Part shown: one piece after another, positions 44,457-57,166 of the stretch
How the letters are laid out: the number at the start of each line of letters is the position of its first letter
Numbering within the stretch: the first letter of the stretch is position 1
Assembly (NCBI GenBank): GCA_964016885.1
Contig: OZ024766.1
Coordinates: 10,974,001-11,038,000 of the forward strand
Direction of reading: 5' to 3'
Origin: Eledone cirrhosa
Taxonomy: Eukaryota
DNA: 64,000 nucleotides
Notes under the pieces: model-generated
What the model was told of the DNA's origin: nothing
Seen by the model: only the letters and a program-made list of their open reading frames with translations
Database searches by the model: none
Program-made: the position numbers and the translations under genes

Positions 44457-44458
<2 letters not shown>
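44345..44458 (-). mobile_element. RTE-type LINE C-terminal fragment
   Basis: LWEPLHGHTRRGRPRLTYVDALRTDTG. An overlapping homologue lies at 55485-55588. Confidence 0.7.
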
Positions 44459-44489
<31 letters not shown>

Positions 44490-44491
<2 letters not shown>

Positions 44492-44612
44492 CGAAGGAAA
44501 TGTGGTAAGGAACCAGGTGGACCATAACGCACCAAAGTACTCAATACTTAGGGTAGTAGAGTGGGTAATAGGAATCAGTAAGACCCCGACGGCTGAGCTC
44601 AAGCCGTTTCGA
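44490..44612 (-). mobile_element. Truncated copy of the fold-back element, lacking the second arm
   Basis: Tail plus one arm, ending at GCCGTTTCGAC. Confidence 0.8.
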
Positions 44613-44617
44613 CTAAC

Positions 44618-44654
<37 letters not shown>

Positions 44655-44771
44655 TTGTCTAAACATTGCTAAACACTTGAAGCAGTGCCACTCAAATTTA
44701 AATAATTAATACGAAGAATTCACAACCCCGAATTGGATTACCTATAACGATATTTTATTATCCCTTATATA

Positions 44772-45077
44772 TCTATATATATAAAACTGAGGATGCCTGT
44801 CTGTGTGTGTGTGAGTACGAATCCCTAAAACTCGAGAACCACCCAACCGACTGTTTTCAAACTTTACACATGTAATACATATGGTCCTGTGAGTGTTCTG
44901 AGCAAAAAAGAATTCTAATTTTCAATGCCCTAGGGACCGCATTAGACGATTTAGCGATCTCTCTCTATAATTCTTAGTCTTTCTCTTTTTAGATAGATAC
45001 ATGCTTATAACGTCGCGCCCTTATAATATCTGTCTGTATGTCTGGCTGTCTGCATTACGTCATTTCCCTGAGGATGT

Positions 45078-45113
<36 letters not shown>

Positions 45114-45670
45114 CCCTAAAACTCGAGAAGTACTAAACCGATTTTTTTCAAACTTTACATGTGTATTACTTGTTTCAGGGAGTGTTAGGCACATAAAAAA
45201 AATTCAACTTTAGGTGAAAAACTGCGTTTTTTTCAGATTTTTAGGGGTTTTTTGACGCGTTACGTTAGACCGATTTCCTTGAAATTGTAACTATGTATTA
45301 GTCAGTCTCTTCTTCATACCGTAAGCAAAGAAAATCCAACTTTCTTATGGCCATTAGATGAAAAACTTCATTTTTTCAGCTTCTTAGGGCTTTTTTGAGG
45401 CATTACATCTAGCCGATTTTTCCCGAAATTTCAAGGCATATTATGCACATAAAAAAAAGTCATTTTCTTGATCCTCTAGCGCCCGCATTAGGTGAAACCT
45501 GCATTTTTCCTGCTTCATCGAGGAAAATCTCAAAGATTATCCAGCCATCAGAGTATTCGGTTTATTTTCTTTACATATTGTCCAAGCATGCAGTTTTTCC
45601 ACGATTAGGTCTGTTGGCTGCCCGCTTTCCAAACAACCTTATCCCGTGCAACGCCGGGTACCACTGCTAG
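44772..45670 (+). mobile_element. Non-autonomous Helitron
   Basis: a|TCTATATATATAAAA 5' end, hairpin CCCGTGCAACGCCGGG, CTAG|t 3' end. Confidence 0.85.
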
Positions 45671-45679
45671 TATATATAT

Positions 45680-46080
45680 AACTTTGATAGGTTTCGACCA
45701 GTATTAGCCCAGACCGTGTCTAACTTAATAGCACCACATGGCGAAGTCTTTCAAATGAGGATTTGGAAACCATGGCCCACTCAAGCAGAGAGTTATTGTT
45801 TACGGAGACATATCCGGGTGTAGGAGGTTTATCTGGGATTTCTTGAAGGAATTTGTCCAAAGACTTTTTGAACTTCATGGGGTCTGTTTCTGTTTTAATG
45901 TGTTTTAGTGTAATGTTAAAGAGAGTGAGGCCAATTGAGGTGAAATAATTATGACGTATTGTTGTTATGAGATGCGAGTGAGATTTTTGTCACACACACG
46001 TTTATTAAATTTTGCTAATCTATCTCCGGTGAAATTTTATTTTAAGTGGTAGCATTCCTGTGACAATTAGTTTTCTTTAG
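45680..46080 (-). mobile_element. CR1/L2-like LINE 3' fragment
   Basis: Reverse-complement homologue of 41317-41580. Confidence 0.75.
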
Positions 46081-46204
46081 ACATTAAAAAAAAGTACATT
46101 ACTAGAAATCCCATGTTATAAAATAAATAGGATGGGTTGTGGTCCAATATGTAAACTAAAAGACTAATTCTGGTTTTTAAGTGGTAGTATTCCTGCAACA
46201 ATTA

Positions 46205-46930
46205 AATCTCTCCAGCGATTCTTTCCTGGGATATTCTAACCACATGTCCATAGTATCAGAGTTGTGATCTCTCAATTCAGACATTCTTTCCTGAGACATT
46301 CTAACCACATGTCTGTAGGATCACAGCTATGATCTCTCAATTCAGAGATTATTTCCTGAGACATTCTAACCACATGTCCATAGTATCAGAGCTGTGATCT
46401 CTCAATTCAGTGATTCTTTCCTCAGACTTTCTAACCACATGTCCATAGTATCAGAGCTGTGATCTCTCAATTCAGAGATTCTTTCCTGAGACATTCTAAC
46501 CACATGTCCATAGTATCAGAGCTGTGATCTCTCAATTCAGACATTCTTTCCTGAGACATTCTAACCACATGTCCATAGTATCAGAGCTGTGATCTCTCAA
46601 TTCAGAGATTCTTTCCTGAGACATTCTAACCACATGTCCATAGTATCAGAGCTGTGATCTCTCAATTCAGAGATTCTTTCCTGAGACATTCTAACCACAT
46701 GTCCATAGTATCAGAGCTGTGATCTCTCAATTCAGACATTCTTTCCTGAGACATTCTAACCACATGTCCATAGTATCAGAGCTGTGATCTCTCAATTCAG
46801 AGATTCTTTCCTGAGACATTCTAACCACATGTCCATAGTATCAGAGCTGTGATCTCTCAATTCAGACATTCTTTCCTGAGACATTCTAACCACATGTCCA
46901 TAGTATCAGGGCTGTGATCTCTCAATTCAG
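46205..46930 (+). repeat. 65-bp tandem array (~11 copies) derived from RTE ORF sequence
   Basis: acattctaac at 46361, 46491 and 46556; continuous with RTE sequence at 46930. Confidence 0.9.
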
Positions 46931-47107
46931 AGAAGTAGCGGCTCTACCTGCAATGACTCCTTGATCTCCGAGCTACGCACTCTATTGAGTAACATTACTC
47001 CAAATACCTTCGGAGGAACCCTATTTCGCCACTTGTATTTGCGATCGTATTCTTTCGCTCATTACACAAGATTCTTGACCATAGATAAAGGTTGACACAA
47101 ATACTGA

Positions 47108-48217
47108 ATTGAAGATAGCAAGTTTGGCTTTTACACCTACCTCCCTTCTGATTACTGAAGATAGCAAGTTTGGCTTTTACACCTACCTCCCTTCCGATTA
47201 CTGAAGATAGCAAGTTTGGCTTTTACACCTACCTCCCTTCTGATTACTGAAGATAGCAAGTTTGGCTTTTACACCTACCTCCCTTCCGATTACTGAAGAT
47301 AGCAAGTTTGGCTTTTACACCTACCTCCCTTCTGATTACTGAAGATAGCAAGTTTGGCTTTTACACCTACCTCCCTTCCGATTACTGAAGATAGCAAGTT
47401 TGGCTTTTACACCTACCTCCCTTCCGATTACTGAAGATAGCAAGTTTGGCTTTTACACCTACCTCCCTTCCGATTACTGAAGATAGCAAGTTTGGCTTTT
47501 ACACCTACCTCCCTTCCGATTACTGAAGATAGCAAGTTTGGCTTTTACACCTACCTCCCTTCCGATTACTGAAGATAGCAAGTTTGGCTTTTACACCTAC
47601 CTCCCTTCCGATTACTGAAGATAGCAAGTTTGGCTTTTACACCTACCTCCCTTCCGATTACTGAAGATAGCAAGTTTGGCTTTTACACCTACCTCCCTTC
47701 CGATTACTGAAGATAGCAAGTTTGGCTTTTACACCTACCTCCCTTCCGATTACTGAAGATAGCAAGTTTGGCTTTTACACCTACCCCCCTTCCGATTACT
47801 GAAGATAGCAAGTTTGGCTTTTACACCTACCTCCCTTCCGATTACTGAAGATAGCAAGTTTGGCTTTTACATCTACCTCCCTTCCGATTACTGAAGATAG
47901 CAAGTTTGGCTTTTACACCTACCTCCCTTCCGATTACTGAAGATAGCAAGTTTGGCTTTTACACCTACCTCCCTTCTGATTACTGAAGATAGCAAGTTTG
48001 GCTTTTACACCTACCTCCCTTCCGATTACTGAAGATAGCAAGTTTGGCTTTTACACCTACCTCCCTTCCGATTACTGAAGATAGCAAGTTTGGCTTTTAC
48101 ACCTACCTCCCTTCCGATTACTGAAGATAGCAAGTTTGGCTTTTACCCCTACCTCCCTTCTGATTACTGAAGATAGCAAGTTTGGCTTTTACACCTACCT
48201 CCCTTCTGATTACTGAA
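47108..48217 (+). repeat. 46-bp tandem array (~24 copies) derived from RTE ORF sequence
   Basis: Unit tgaagatagcaagtttggcttttacacctacctcccttccgattac; a single-copy homologue lies at ~48810-48865 on the opposite strand. Confidence 0.93.
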
Positions 48218-48564
48218 TGACGAAGCTGCATCAGCTTTTGCAATTTTTGCACTTAATCCAGCCTCCTGGCTTCCATCACCCCTAGCCTTAACTCTAACCC
48301 TTCGAAGGAACTCCATTTTGACTGCTTGTACTCGCGATCGTATTCTTTTGGTCATTAGCCAAAATTTATGACCATAGGTAAAGCTTGGCACGAATACCAA
48401 ATTGAAGATAACGAGTTTGGCTTTTACACGTACGTCTCTCTTTGAAATGAAATCCATGGCAATTATGTTAGTTGATTCATTTTAACTTCAGGATCTTTCA
48501 TTAACGATTACAGGTTTGCATTCGTCACTATATTTTTAAGAGAGTTTGACTGGAATAATTGAAG

Positions 48565-49062
48565 TAATGGAAGCTGAATTAAATGCAAGAATTGCAGGAG
48601 CTGGTGTAGTAATGCAAATAAGTGTTGCAAAGACAGATATTTGTCCTTTCAAGGAAACCTGCTCAGTGCACTCTACGTGTGGATGGAGTTCCACTGAAGC
48701 AGGTGGAGAAGTTCAAGTATCTCATGTTCACGAGTGATGGAAGGCAGGAGGCTGAATTAAATGCATGAATTAGAAAAGCTGGTGCAGTAATGTGCCAGCT
48801 TCAGCATTTGATAATCAGAAGGGAGGTAGGTGTAAAAGATAAAAAGCCAAACTCGCTATCTTCAGTTCTCTTTTCGTAACAATACTTACCTATGGTCATC
48901 AATCTTGGGTCAGGACTGAAAGAATACGATCGTGAATACAAGCGACCGAAACAGGGTTCCTCCGAAGGGTCTTTGGAGTAACGTTACTCAATAGAGTGCG
49001 TAGCTCGGAGATCAGAGATTCACTCCGGGTAGAGTCACTACTTCTCCAAACTGAGAGATCAC
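48565..49062 (+). mobile_element. RTE-clade LINE fragment
   Basis: EAELNARI..AG..; KAKLAIFSSLFVTILTYGHQSWVRTERIRS..GFLRRVFGVTLLNRVRSSEIR. Confidence 0.8.
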
Positions 49063-49064
49063 GT

Positions 49065-50175
49065 CATCATCATCATCATTTCATTTTACGTTCTCTTTCC
49101 CCTGCTTGCAAGGGTGGGACGGGAACTGATTCTGGCTTGATTTCTACAGCTGGATGCCCTCCCTAACACCAACCTCATTTACAGTGAGTGCTGGGTGCTT
49201 TTTTGCCGTGGCACCTCCACGACCACTTTACAGTGAGTGCTGGGTGCTTTTTTGCCGTGGCACCTCCACGACCACTTTACAGTGAGTGCTGGGTGCTTTT
49301 TTGCCGTGGCACCTCCACGACCACTTTACAGTGAAGTGCTGGGTGCTTTTTTGCCGTGGCACCTCCACGACCACTTTACAGTGAAGTGCTGGGTGCTTTT
49401 TTGCCATGGCACCTCCACGACCACTTTACAGTGAGTGCTGGGTGCTTTTTTGCCGTGGCACCTCCACGACCACTTTACAGTGTGGGCTGGGTGCTTTTTT
49501 GCCGTGGCACCTCCACGACCACTTTACAGTGAGTGCTGGGTGCTTTTTTGCCATGGCACCTCCACGACCACTTTACAGTGTGGGCTGGGTGCTTTATTGC
49601 CGTGGCACCTCCACGACCACTTTACAGTGAGTGCTGGGTGCTTTTTTGCCGTGGCACCTCCACATCCACTTTACAGTGTGGGCTGGGTGCTTTTTTGCCA
49701 TGGCACCTCCACGACCACTTTACAGTGAGTGCTGGGTGCTTTTTTGCCATGGCACCTCCACGACCACTTTACAGTGTGGGCTGGGTGCTTTTTTGCCATG
49801 GCACCTCCACGACCACTTTACAGTGAGTGCTGGGTGCTTTTTTGCCGTGGCACCTCCACGACCACTTTACAGTGTGGGCTGGGTGCTTTTTTACTGTGGC
49901 ACCTCCACGTCCACTTTACAGTGTGGGCTGGGTGCTTTTTTGCCGTGGCACCTCCACGTCCACTTTACAGTGAGTACTGGGTGCTTTTTTGCCGTGGCAC
50001 CTCCATGACCACTTTACAGTGAGTGCTGGGTGCTTTTTTGCCGTGGCACCTCCACGACCACTTTGCAGTGGAATGATAGGGAACCCAGTCCCTATCATCT
50101 CATTTCTACAGCTGAGTAAACTGGAGCAATGTGAAATAAAGTGTCTTGTTCAAGGAAATGACACATCACCCGGTC
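49065..50175 (-). mobile_element. Family-B SINE expanded by an internal 49-bp tandem array
   Basis: Reverse complement of 55670-55955, with one segment repeated about 18 times. Confidence 0.85.
49180..50065 (+). repeat. 49-bp tandem array inside a family-B SINE
   Basis: Unit acagtgagtgctgggtgcttttttgccgtggcacctccacgaccacttt. Confidence 0.93.
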
Positions 50176-50391
50176 TGTTTTTGTGTGTTGTCAAGACACA
50201 AAAACAAGATGCTCCCTCTTTTTTATTATTATATTTTACGTTATATTTTGACGTTTATAGACATTTTTATGGGCCGCGTCCAATATTCGCGGTTTTTCAC
50301 TTTTCACGGGGTTTACATTCCTCGAGATACCCGCGGGGGATAACTCTCTATATATATATTTATAAATAAACTCAACAACATTATATATATA

Positions 50392-51160
50392 GTCGGACGC
50401 CATGCTTTGAAGCATAGAGTTACGTCCCTTTATGATCTGAGTTCAAATCCCGCCGAGGTTAACTTTGCCTTTCATCCTGACGGGGGTCGATAAAATAAAG
50501 TACCAGTAATGCACTGGGGTAATTGCTGGCCTTGTACCTAAAATAGAAACAATTATATATATATATGCTTTGAAGCATAGAGTTACGGCCCTTGCCGTTC
50601 TGAGTTCAAATCCTGCAGGGGTTAACTTTGCCTTTCATCCTTACGGGGTCAATAAAATAAAGTACCAGTAATGTACTGGGATAATTGCTGGCCTTGTGCC
50701 TAAAATAGAAACAATTATATATATATATGCTTTGAAGCATAGAGTTACGGCCCTTGCCATTCTGAGTTCAAATCCCGCAGGGGTTAACTTTGCCTTTCAT
50801 CCTGACGGGGTCGATAAAATAAAGTACCAGTAATGCACTGGGGTAATTGCTGGCCTTGTGCCTAAAGTAGAAACAATTATTATCATTATTAGAGCAGTAT
50901 CGGTAGAGGGTCGGACACCATACTTTGCAGCATAGAGTTATGGCCCTTTACGATCGGAAGTACCAGTAATGCACTGAGTGATTGCTGGCCTTGTGCCTAT
51001 ATAAGAAACCATTATTATTAAGAGTTACCTCCCTTTATGATCTGAGTTCAAATCCCGCCGAGGTTAACTTTGCCTTTCATCCTTACGGGGTCGATAAAAT
51101 AAAGTACCAGTAATACACTGGGTAATTGCTGGTCTTGTGCCAAAAGTAGAAACAATTATA
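50392..51160 (+). mobile_element. Cluster of about five partial family-A SINEs
   Basis: Repeated GAGTTCAAATCC...AAGTACCAGTAAT...GAAACAATTAT units. Confidence 0.85.
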
Positions 51161-51192
51161 AATATATATATATATATATATATATTTAATTA

Positions 51193-51198
51193 TTTATT
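51193..51198 (-). terminator. Candidate polyadenylation signal AATAAA for IFT172
   Basis: AATAAA on the minus strand about 120 nt after the stop. The context is AT-rich, so it could be chance. Confidence 0.3.
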
Positions 51199-51251
51199 TC
51201 ATTATAATACAATAAAATCAATTATGTCCCCTTGGTGTCACTCTCTCTTCT

Positions 51252-51292
<41 letters not shown>

Positions 51293-51316
51293 TACACCCC
51301 ACCCCAACCCATCCCC

Positions 51317-51403
51317 TCACAGAGAGTAGCTGACATCTGATGAGACCTGACCCCACTGGCACACAAACTGCAGTACGTCCTGGATCTCGGGACTGTGAGA
51401 CAC
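51317..51403 (-). CDS. IFT172: IFT172 terminal coding exon: VSHSPEIQDVLQFVCQWGQVSSDVSYSL*
   Basis: ttttctcaccag acceptor, phase 0, ends in TGA. SHSPxxQDVLxFxxQW motif typical of the IFT172 C-terminus. Confidence 0.93.
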   Translation of the reverse strand: MSHSPEIQDVLQFVCQWGQVSSDVSYSL

Positions 51404-51614
51404 CTGGTGAGAAAAGAGAGAGTTAGAAGATAGTGAGTATGAGGGGAGATACGGAATTAAGTGTGTGGGGGGGGGGGGGAGGTAATTAGGTGCAGAACAA
51501 GGGGACGGACTCTTATAGAAGCAAAAGTTGTGTGTTGTGTTCTTGAGCAAAACACTTCATTTCACGTTGTTCCAGGTTACTCAGCTGAAAATGAGTACCA
51601 GCAATAGCTGGGGG

Positions 51615-54600
51615 TTTAACCCTGTGATGGACTAGCGTCCTGTCCAGGAGGAAGTCTTAACACCAATGAAACTAAGACAGACTTTAACCCTGTGATGGAC
51701 TGGTGTCCTGTCCAGGGGGGAGTCTTGTACTCTCAGTCACTTAACACCAATGAAACTAAGACATATTTTAACCCTGTGATGGACTGGTGTCCTGTCCAGG
51801 GGGAAGTCTTGTACTCTCATTCACTTAACACCAATGAAACTAAGACAGACTTTAACCCTGTGATGGACTGGCGTCCTGTCCAGGAGGAAGTCTTGTACTG
51901 TCAGTTACTTAACACCAATGAAACTAAGACAGACTTTAACCCTGTGATGGACTGGTGTCCTGTCCAGGGGGAAGTCTTGTACTCTCAGTCACTTAACACC
52001 AATGAAACTAAGACAGACTTTAACCCTGTGATGGACTGGCGTCCTGTCCAGGAGGAAGTCTTGTACTGTCAGTTACTTAACACCAATGAAACTAAGACAG
52101 ACTTTAACCCTGTGATGGACTGGTGTCCTGTCCAGGGGGAAGTCTTGTACTCTCATTCATTTAACACCAAAGAAACTAAGACAGACTTTAACCCTGTGAT
52201 GGACTGGTGTCCTGTCCAGGAGGAAGTCTTGTACTCTCAGTCACTTAACACCAATGAAACTAAGACATACTTTAACCCTGTAATGGACTGGTGTCCTGTC
52301 CAGGAGGAAGTCTTGTACTGTCAGTCACTTAACACCAATGAAACTAAGACAGACTTTAACCCTGTGATGGACTGGTGTCCTGTCCAGGAGGAAGTCTTGT
52401 ACTCTCAGTCACTTAACACCAATGAAACTAAGACTTTAACACTGTGATGGACTGTTGTCCTGTCCAGGGGGAAGTCTTGTACTCTCAGTCACTTAACAGC
52501 AATGAAACTAAGACTTTAACACTGTGATGGACTGGTGTCCAGTCCAGGGGGAAGTCTTGTACTGTCTATCACTTAACACCAATGAAACTAAGACTTTAAC
52601 ACTGTGATGGACTGTTGTCCTGTCCAGGGGGAAGTCTTGTACTCTCAGTCACTTAACACCAATGAAACTAAGGAAGACTTTAACCCTGTGATGGACTGGT
52701 GTCCTGTCCAGGAGGAAGTCTTGTACTCTCAGTCACTTAACACCAATGAAACTAAGACTTTAACACTGTGATGGACTGTTGTCCTGTCCAGGGGGAAGTC
52801 TTGTACTCTCAGTCACTTAACACCAATGAAACTAAGACAGACTTTAACCCTGTGATGGACTGGTGTCCTGTCCAGGGGGAAGTCTTGTACTCTCAGTCAC
52901 TTAACACCAATGAAACTAAGACAGACTTTAACCCTGTGATGGACTGGTGTCCTGTCCAGGGAGAAGTCTTGTACTGTCAGTCACTTAACACCAATGAAAC
53001 TAAGACAGACTTTAACCCTGTGATGGACTGGTGTCCTGTCCAGGAGGAAGTCTTGTACTCTCTATCACTTAACACCAATGAAACTAAGACAGACTTTAAC
53101 CCTGTGATGGACTGGTGTCCTGTCCAGGGGGAAGTCTTGTACTCTCAGTCACTTAACACCAATGAAACTAAGACAGACTTTAACCCTGTGATGGACTGGT
53201 GTCCTGTCCAGGAGGAAGTCCTGTACTCTCAGTCACTTAACACCAATGATACTAAGACAGACTTTAACCCTGTGATGGACTGGTGTCCTGTCCAGGAGGA
53301 AGTCTTGTACTCTCAGTCACTTAACACCAATGATACTAAGACAGACTTTAACTCTGTGATGGACTGGTGTCCTGTCCAGGAGGAAGTCTTGTACTCTCAG
53401 TCACTTAACACCAATGAAACTAAGGAAGACTTTAACCCTGTGATGGACTGGTGTCCTGTCCAGGGGGAAGTCTTGTACTATAAGTCACTTAACACCAATG
53501 AAACTAAGACTTTAACCCTGTGATGGACTGGTATCCTGTCCAGGGGGAAGTCCTGTACTCTCAGTCACTTAACACCAATGAAACTAAGACAGACTTTAAC
53601 CCTGTGGTGGACTGGTGTCCTGTCCAGGGGGAAGTCTTGTACTCTCAGTCACTTAACACCAATGAAACTAAGACAGACTTTAACCCTGTGATGGCCTGGT
53701 GTCCTGTCCAGGGAGAAGTCTTGTACTCTCAGTCACTTAACTCCAATGAAACTAAGACAGACTTTAACCCTGTGATGGCCTGGTGTCCTGTCCAGGAGGA
53801 AGTCTTGTACTCTCAGTCACTTAACACCAATGAAACTAAGGAAGACTTTAACCCTGTGATGGACTGGTGTCCTGTCCAGGGGGAAGTCTTGTACTATAAG
53901 TCACTTAACACCAATGAAACTAAGACTTTAACCCTGTGATGGACTGGTATCCTGTCCAGGGGGAAGTCCTGTACTCTCAGTCACTTAACACCAATGAAAC
54001 TAAGACAGACTTTAACCCTGTGATGGACTGGTGTCCTGTCCAGGGGGAAGTCTTGTACTCTCAGTCACTTAACACCAATGAAACTAAGACAGACTTTAAC
54101 CCTGTGATGGCCTGGTGTCCTGTCCAGGGAGAAGTCTTGTACTCTCAGTCACTTAACACCAATGATACTAAGACAGACTTTAACCCTGTGATGGCCTGGT
54201 GTCCTGTGCAGGGGGAAGTCTTGTACTCTCAGTCACTTAACACCAATGAAACTAAGACTTTAACCCTGTGATGGACTGGTGTCCTGTCCAGGGGGAAGTC
54301 TTGTACTCTCAGTCACTTAACACCAATGAAACTAAGACAGACTTTAACCCTGTGATGGACTGGTGTCCTGTCCAGGGGGAAATCTTGTACTCTCAGTCAC
54401 TTAACACCAATGAAACTAAGACTTTAACACTGTGATGGACTGTTGTCCTGTCCAGGGGGAAGTCTTGTACTCTCAGTCACTTAACAGCAATGAAACTAAG
54501 ACTTTAACACTGTGATGGACTGGTGTCCTGTCCAGGGGGAAGTCTTGTACTGTCTATCACTTAACACCAATGAAACTAAGACAGACTTTAACACTGTGAT

Positions 54601-54849
54601 GGACTGGTATCCTGTCCAGGGGGAAGTCTTGTACTCTCAGTCACTTAACACCAATGAAACTAAGACAGACTTTAACCCTGTGATGGACTGGTGTCCTGTC
54701 CAGGGGGAAGTCTTGTACTCTCAGTCACTTAACACCAATGATACTAAGACAGACTTTAACCCTGTGATGGACTGGTGTTCTGTCCAGGGGGAAGTCTTGT
54801 ACTCTCAGTCACTTAACACCAATGAAATGAAACTAAGACTTTAACCCTG

Positions 54850-54852
<3 letters not shown>
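51615..54852 (+). repeat. 84-bp (and 80-bp variant) tandem array, about 39 copies, filling the last IFT172 intron
   Basis: Unit starts aaccctgtgatggactggtgtcctgtccagg; preceded by a SINE core at 51530-51600 and followed by (GAT)n. Confidence 0.93.
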
Positions 54853-54883
<31 letters not shown>

Positions 54884-54918
54884 ATGGGTGTGTGTATAAA
54901 CGAGGCCAAAGACTGTAC

Positions 54919-55010
54919 CTTTGATGCCATATATAATTTATTCCAGTCCTCCTTGTTGGCGCTGATTCCTGGATGGTTGAATGGCATGTGGTTCTTCAGG
55001 ACTGGGTAAC
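54919..55010 (-). CDS. IFT172: IFT172 penultimate coding exon: (G)YPVLKNHMPFNHPGISANKEDWNKLYMASK
   Basis: tgtag acceptor, gtacag donor, 92 nt, phase 1/0. GYPVL...ANKxDWNK motif, in frame with both flanking exons. Confidence 0.94.
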
Positions 55011-55244
55011 CTACACAGATAAATAAAAGCGACATGTTAAACATATAGGTCAGCCGACTGGACACTGCCCACAACAGGACAACCCGTCTAACCCATGCTA
55101 GCGTGGAAGAACGGACGTAAAACGGTGATGATGATGATGATGATATATATATATATATATGGGGGGGTATGTGTGTGTGCGTGTATGTGTATACATATGC
55201 ATGTGTGTGTCTCTCTCTATATGTGTATATGTGTGTGTGTGTCT

Positions 55245-55300
<56 letters not shown>

Positions 55301-55390
55301 GTGTCTCTCTCTCTCTGTTAAACACCCGATTTGTTATTTTAGGCTGCCACAGACTTTGTTAGAAGAAATGTCATCGTCAATTTTATCATA

Positions 55391-55473
<83 letters not shown>

Positions 55474-55484
55474 CTTTCTAAGGC

Positions 55485-55588
55485 GGGTAAAATTCCCGAG
55501 ATCCATGGACGAGTTCTCTCCAGCGGTCTCTGTCCCTCATTATCGCTGCCATGTCCTGCGTCTCCAACAGACCAGTGTCTGTCCTTAG
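55485..55588 (-). mobile_element. RTE-type LINE C-terminal fragment
   Basis: LRTDTGLLETQDMAAIMRDRDRWRELV. Confidence 0.65.
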
Positions 55589-55605
55589 TATATGTATATG
55601 TATAT

Positions 55606-55955
55606 GGAGGCACATGGCTTAGTGGTTAGAGCATTGGCCTTGCAATCGAAAGGTTGTGAGTTCAATTCTCGGACCGGGTGATGTGTTGTTTCCTTGAGCA
55701 AGACACTTTATTTCACGTTGCTCCAGTTTACTCAGCTGTAGAAATGAGATGATAGGGGCTGGGGTCCCTATCATTCTACTGCAAAGTGGTCGTGGAGGTG
55801 CCACGGCAAAAAAGCACCCAGCCCACACTGTAAATGAGGTTGGTGTTAGGAAGGGCATCCAGCTGTAGAAATCAAGCCAGCATCAGTTCCCGTCCCACCC
55901 TTGCAAGCAGGGAAAAAACGGGACGTAAAATGATGATGATGATGATGATGATGAT
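55606..55955 (+). mobile_element. Full-length tRNA-derived SINE (family B: CORE-like body, RTE-type (GAT)n tail) in an IFT172 intron
   Basis: TGGCTTAGTGG A box, GAGTTCAATTC B box, CTTGAGCAAGACACTT core, AGGAAGGGCATCCAGCTGTAGAAA segment and (ATG)n tail. Confidence 0.88.
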
Positions 55956-55971
55956 GTCTATATACACTCAC

Positions 55972-56128
55972 CTGTGATAAGACACGGCAGCGCCACCTGT
56001 TCGTTGTTCTGGAAGTTAATGAGGGAAGCTTCATACACCCCCCTCTCATCCTGCGGTAACACCTGTTCTATGTTCTGGTTCATCGACACTTCAAGAACCC
56101 ATTCCTTCTGGAGCTCAAGGTCATTCGC
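55972..56128 (-). CDS. IFT172: IFT172 coding exon: [52 protein letters not shown](G)
   Basis: ctccag acceptor, gtgagt donor, 157 nt, phase 0/1. Carries the EWVLxVSM..EQVLPxDERGxYEASL..LPCLITG motif of IFT172. Confidence 0.95.
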
Positions 56129-56131
56129 CTG

Positions 56132-57030
56132 GAGTGAGAGTGAGAGTAGGCGAGTGTCAGTGTGAGTGAGAGTGAGAGGAAGAGTGTGTGTGAGTGTGAT
56201 GGTGTAAAATAATGAGTGAGAGTGTGTGTAGGTGAGTTTGAGTGTGAGTGAGAATGAAAGGAAGAGTGTGTGTGAGTGTGATGGTGTAAAATAATGAGTG
56301 AAAGTGTGAGTAGGAGAAAGCGTGTGAGTGAGAGTGAAAGGAAGAGTGTGTGTGAGTGTGATGGTGTAAAGTAATGAGTGTGAGTGAGAGTGAAAGGAAG
56401 TGTGTGTGTGAGTGTGATGGTGTAAAATAATGAGTGAGAGTGTGTGTAGGTGAGTTTGAGTGTGAGTGAGAGTGAAAGGAAGAGTGTGTGTGAGTGTGAT
56501 GGTGTAAAATAATGAGTGAGAGTGTGAGTAGGAGAAAGCGTGTGAGTGAGAGTGAAAGGAAGAGTGTGTGTGAGTGTGATGGTGTAAAGTAATGAGTGTG
56601 AGTGAGAGTGAAAGGAAGAGTGTGTGTGAGTGTGATGGTGTAAAGTAATGAGTGTGAGTGAGAGTGAAAGGAAGAGTGTGTGTGAGTGTGATGGTGTAAA
56701 ATAATGAGTGAAAGTGTGTGTAGGTGAGTTTGAGTGTGAGTGAGAGTGAAAGGAAGAGTGTGTGTGAGTGTGTTGGTGTAAAATAATGAGTGAGAGTGTG
56801 TGTAGGTGAGTGTGAGTGAGAGTGAAAGGAAGAGTGTGTGTGAGTGTGATGGTGTAAAGTAATGAGTGTGAGTGAGAGTGAAAGGAAGAGTGTGTGTGAG
56901 TGTGATGGTGTAAAATAATGAGTGACAGTGTGTGTAGGTGAGTGTGAGTGTGAGTGAGAGTGAAAGGAAGAGTGTGTGTGAGTGTGATGGTGGAAAATAA
57001 TGAGTGAGAGTGTGTGTAGGTGAGTGTGAG
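56132..57030 (+). repeat. (GAGTGT)-derived minisatellite filling an IFT172 intron
   Basis: Recurring gagtgaaaggaagagtgtgtgtgagtgtgatggtgtaaa units. Confidence 0.9.
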
Positions 57031-57067
57031 AATAAGTGAATCTAGCATAGTCCATTAATTAACTCAC

Positions 57068-57166
57068 AGAGAGGAAGGGGTGTTCAGGTAGTGGTATCTC
57101 GTACGGAATATCTGTGGCTTGGAAGTCAGAATGATCCAGGCTGTCCAAAGTTCCATCCTCGATTGC
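57068..57166 (-). CDS. IFT172: IFT172 coding exon, 4th from last: [33 protein letters not shown]
   Basis: tttcag acceptor, gtgagt donor, 99 nt, phase 0/0. Matches my recollection of the IFT172 C-terminal motif AIEEGxLDxLDHSDFxxTDIPFEVPLP. Upstream exons were not found in the window. Confidence 0.93.

Larger units (their letters stand above)
46200..48440 (-). mobile_element. RTE-clade LINE fragments carrying two internal tandem arrays
   Basis: KAKLVIFNLVFVPSFTYGH..MTKRIRSRVQA..MEFLRR is typical of the post-RT region of RTE ORFs. Confidence 0.8.

Noticed and set aside
51692-54844. 28-aa repeat protein ORFs
   Set aside because: Intronic and antisense to IFT172, SINE-derived, and repeatedly frameshifted by 80-bp units.
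55606-55680. tRNA gene
   Set aside because: The box A/B head runs directly into a SINE body and tail; the same applies to the family-A heads.
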